Positions 62,594-64,000 of a DNA stretch of 64,000 bases are shown here, piece by piece. This DNA comes from Candidatus Zixiibacteriota bacterium (lineage in GTDB: Bacteria; Zixibacteria; MSB-5A5; GN15; JAAZOE01). Every line of letters starts with the position of its first letter. Positions within the stretch are counted from its first letter, which is position 1. The position numbers were made by a program, and so were the translations under genes. The notes beneath the pieces are model-generated. The model was not told the DNA's origin, did not search any database, and was given only the letters and a program-made list of their open reading frames with translations. The stretch spans positions 64,001 through 128,000 of the forward strand of contig JBDREQ010000009.1 of the NCBI GenBank assembly GCA_043819555.1, in the 5' to 3' direction.

Positions 62594-64000
62594 ATGAGTC
62601 AAACTTTAAACACGAAATCGGATGTCCGGTTTGAATTATTGCGACAATTGTCGCAATCGATTCAGCGAGGAGATATTTCCGGTGGTCTGCGCATGGCGAA
62701 ACAAATACGCCAAAAAATGATCGCGGAAAAAGATCTTCTGGCCGGACAATTTCGGTGTCTTGAAGCGAAGCTCTGGCTATTGTCCGGTGATTACCATAAA
62801 TCCCTCACGTCGGCGCGCGTGTCAGCTTCTTTCCTGACGCCATTTGGCGAATCGGAAGAACTGGCCGAAGCGTTTCTAATAGCAGGGAAGTCATTGATTA
62901 ATATCGGTAATTACCGCGAAGCGGAAACAGCATTTTTAGACGCCGATTCACTTTACCGCAGGACCGACAATGATGCCGGTCGCATAAATGCGGTTAACCA
63001 ACTGGCCCGAGTCAGCTTCATCCACGCCGAGTACAAAAGCGCGTTGAAGTATCTACTTGAAGCGATAAAACTTGCGGAGAAGACGGGCGACCGCAAAAAA
63101 CTGGCTTTTTTATGGGGCAACCTTGGACGAGTCTATACGTTTTTGGGAAACTTCAAAAAAGCCAAAGAATCTCTCAAAATGGATCTTCAGCTTTGTGATG
63201 AATTTGACAATGAGAACGAGAGGGCAAAGGCACTGTTATCTCTCGGTTATATAGAGATGCAGCAAGAGAGATATGAAAAGGCCGAACAGCGATACGATGA
63301 GGCCAATTTGATTCTTAAACGGCTGGACATGAAACGCGAACTCATAATCAGCCAGACGTATTATGGTGAATTAAGACTCAAATGCGGTGATCTGTCCGCG
63401 TCCAGGCGTTTATTGAATGAGGCGGCTGAGACGGCCAGGACAATGGCTCCCGAATCGTCGCTTCTGGTTATGCCTCTTCGGCTTCTGGCAGAGCTTGAAT
63501 TGACCGGCTGTAGTTACAGTTCTGCATCGCGTTTGGCCAACAAGGCTTATGATTTGGCTCGAAAGATAAATGAGCCGATCGAAAAGGCCTGTGCACTAAG
63601 AATTATTGCACAAATAGATTTCGCGAAAAAGCCGGAATGCATCAAAACTGTCGAGAAAACCCGGCAGACATTTCTAAAAGTTCTTGAAATAATGCATGAT
63701 TATGATGCCCGGTTTGAATTAGCGGAAACTCTGGTAATAATGGCTGAATGCGGTATTAGCTCTCAACGCCGCCGATTGGCTAATCTATTCCGAGCGAGTG
63801 ATATATATAATCGACTGGGAATAGAATCAAAGCTGGAAAAAACTCAGAAGCTTATCAATCAATCTGAAATTTCCACGGCTTCACCAAGAAAATCAAAACC
63901 AAAGCCTGCCTCGAATGCGCCAGTGATAATTACAATCAATGCCCGTATGGAAAAGATAATGGAGCAAATAGCCCTGGCGGCCAGGTCGGAATTGCCGGTT
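62594..64000 (+). CDS. TPR-repeat protein leading into a sigma54-activator AAA+ domain; 3'-truncated and absent from the ORF track
   Basis: My manual translation from ATG 62594 is open for 469 codons to the window end. It shows ~40-aa TPR repeats (LAEAFLIAGKSLINIGNYREAE, LAFLWGNLGRVYTFLGNFKKAK, RAKALLSLGYIEMQQERYEKAE), then a linker and IITINARMEKIMEQIALAARSELPV, the typical lead-in to the bEBP Walker A. Confidence 0.8.
   Translation, partial: MSQTLNTKSDVRFELLRQLSQSIQRGDISGGLRMAKQIRQKMIAEKDLLAGQFRCLEAKLWLLSGDYHKSLTSARVSASFLTPFGESEELAEAFLIAGKSLINIGNYREAETAFLDADSLYRRTDNDAGRINAVNQLARVSFIHAEYKSALKYLLEAIKLAEKTGDRKKLAFLWGNLGRVYTFLGNFKKAKESLKMDLQLCDEFDNENERAKALLSLGYIEMQQERYEKAEQRYDEANLILKRLDMKRELIISQTYYGELRLKCGDLSASRRLLNEAAETARTMAPESSLLVMPLRLLAELELTGCSYSSASRLANKAYDLARKINEPIEKACALRIIAQIDFAKKPECIKTVEKTRQTFLKVLEIMHDYDARFELAETLVIMAECGISSQRRRLANLFRASDIYNRLGIESKLEKTQKLINQSEISTASPRKSKPKPASNAPVIITINARMEKIMEQIALAARSELPV

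Noticed and set aside
1..64000. tRNA, rRNA, tmRNA, IS transposase or prophage genes
   Set aside because: I recognised no cloverleaf in intergenic DNA and no rRNA, transposase, integrase or phage structural signatures by eye. tRNAscan and Infernal were not run.

Overview
A 64 kb bacterial chromosomal segment of moderate GC content. The genome is diderm (TolC, Tat and lipoprotein signals). Three secreted proteins end in the same double-EF-hand dockerin-like module (GDANxDGxxNxxDxVY(L)INxxFxGGPxP), which suggests candidate phylum Zixibacteria; this is an inference. Housekeeping genes: murQ, rpmE-DUF1385-prfA, tldD-tldE-prmC, uvrA, sthA, rarA. The window also has three nucleotide-sugar genes, a complete ~15 kb alternative complex III + caa3 (A2-type) oxidase supercluster with heme A/O and Cu chaperone genes, an ECF sigma/ZAS anti-sigma pair, and a TetR-TolC-MFP-RND efflux operon. 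I found no rRNA, tRNA, CRISPR array or transposase. The intergenic regions carry several families of REP/RPE-like palindromic miniature elements. Best novelty candidates: (1) at the window end, a small Sec-secreted HPWG-motif protein tightly coupled to a TPR-repeat sigma54 activator that the ORF track missed, resembling an RRNPP-style peptide-signalling cassette; (2) a Tat-signal micro-protein carrying a GGQ motif, translationally coupled between TldD/TldE and the GGQ-methyltransferase PrmC; (3) non-cellulosomal dockerin/cohesin-like secreted proteins. Several apparent pseudoenzymes and recurring ECF-like and sigma28-like promoter motifs are also noted.
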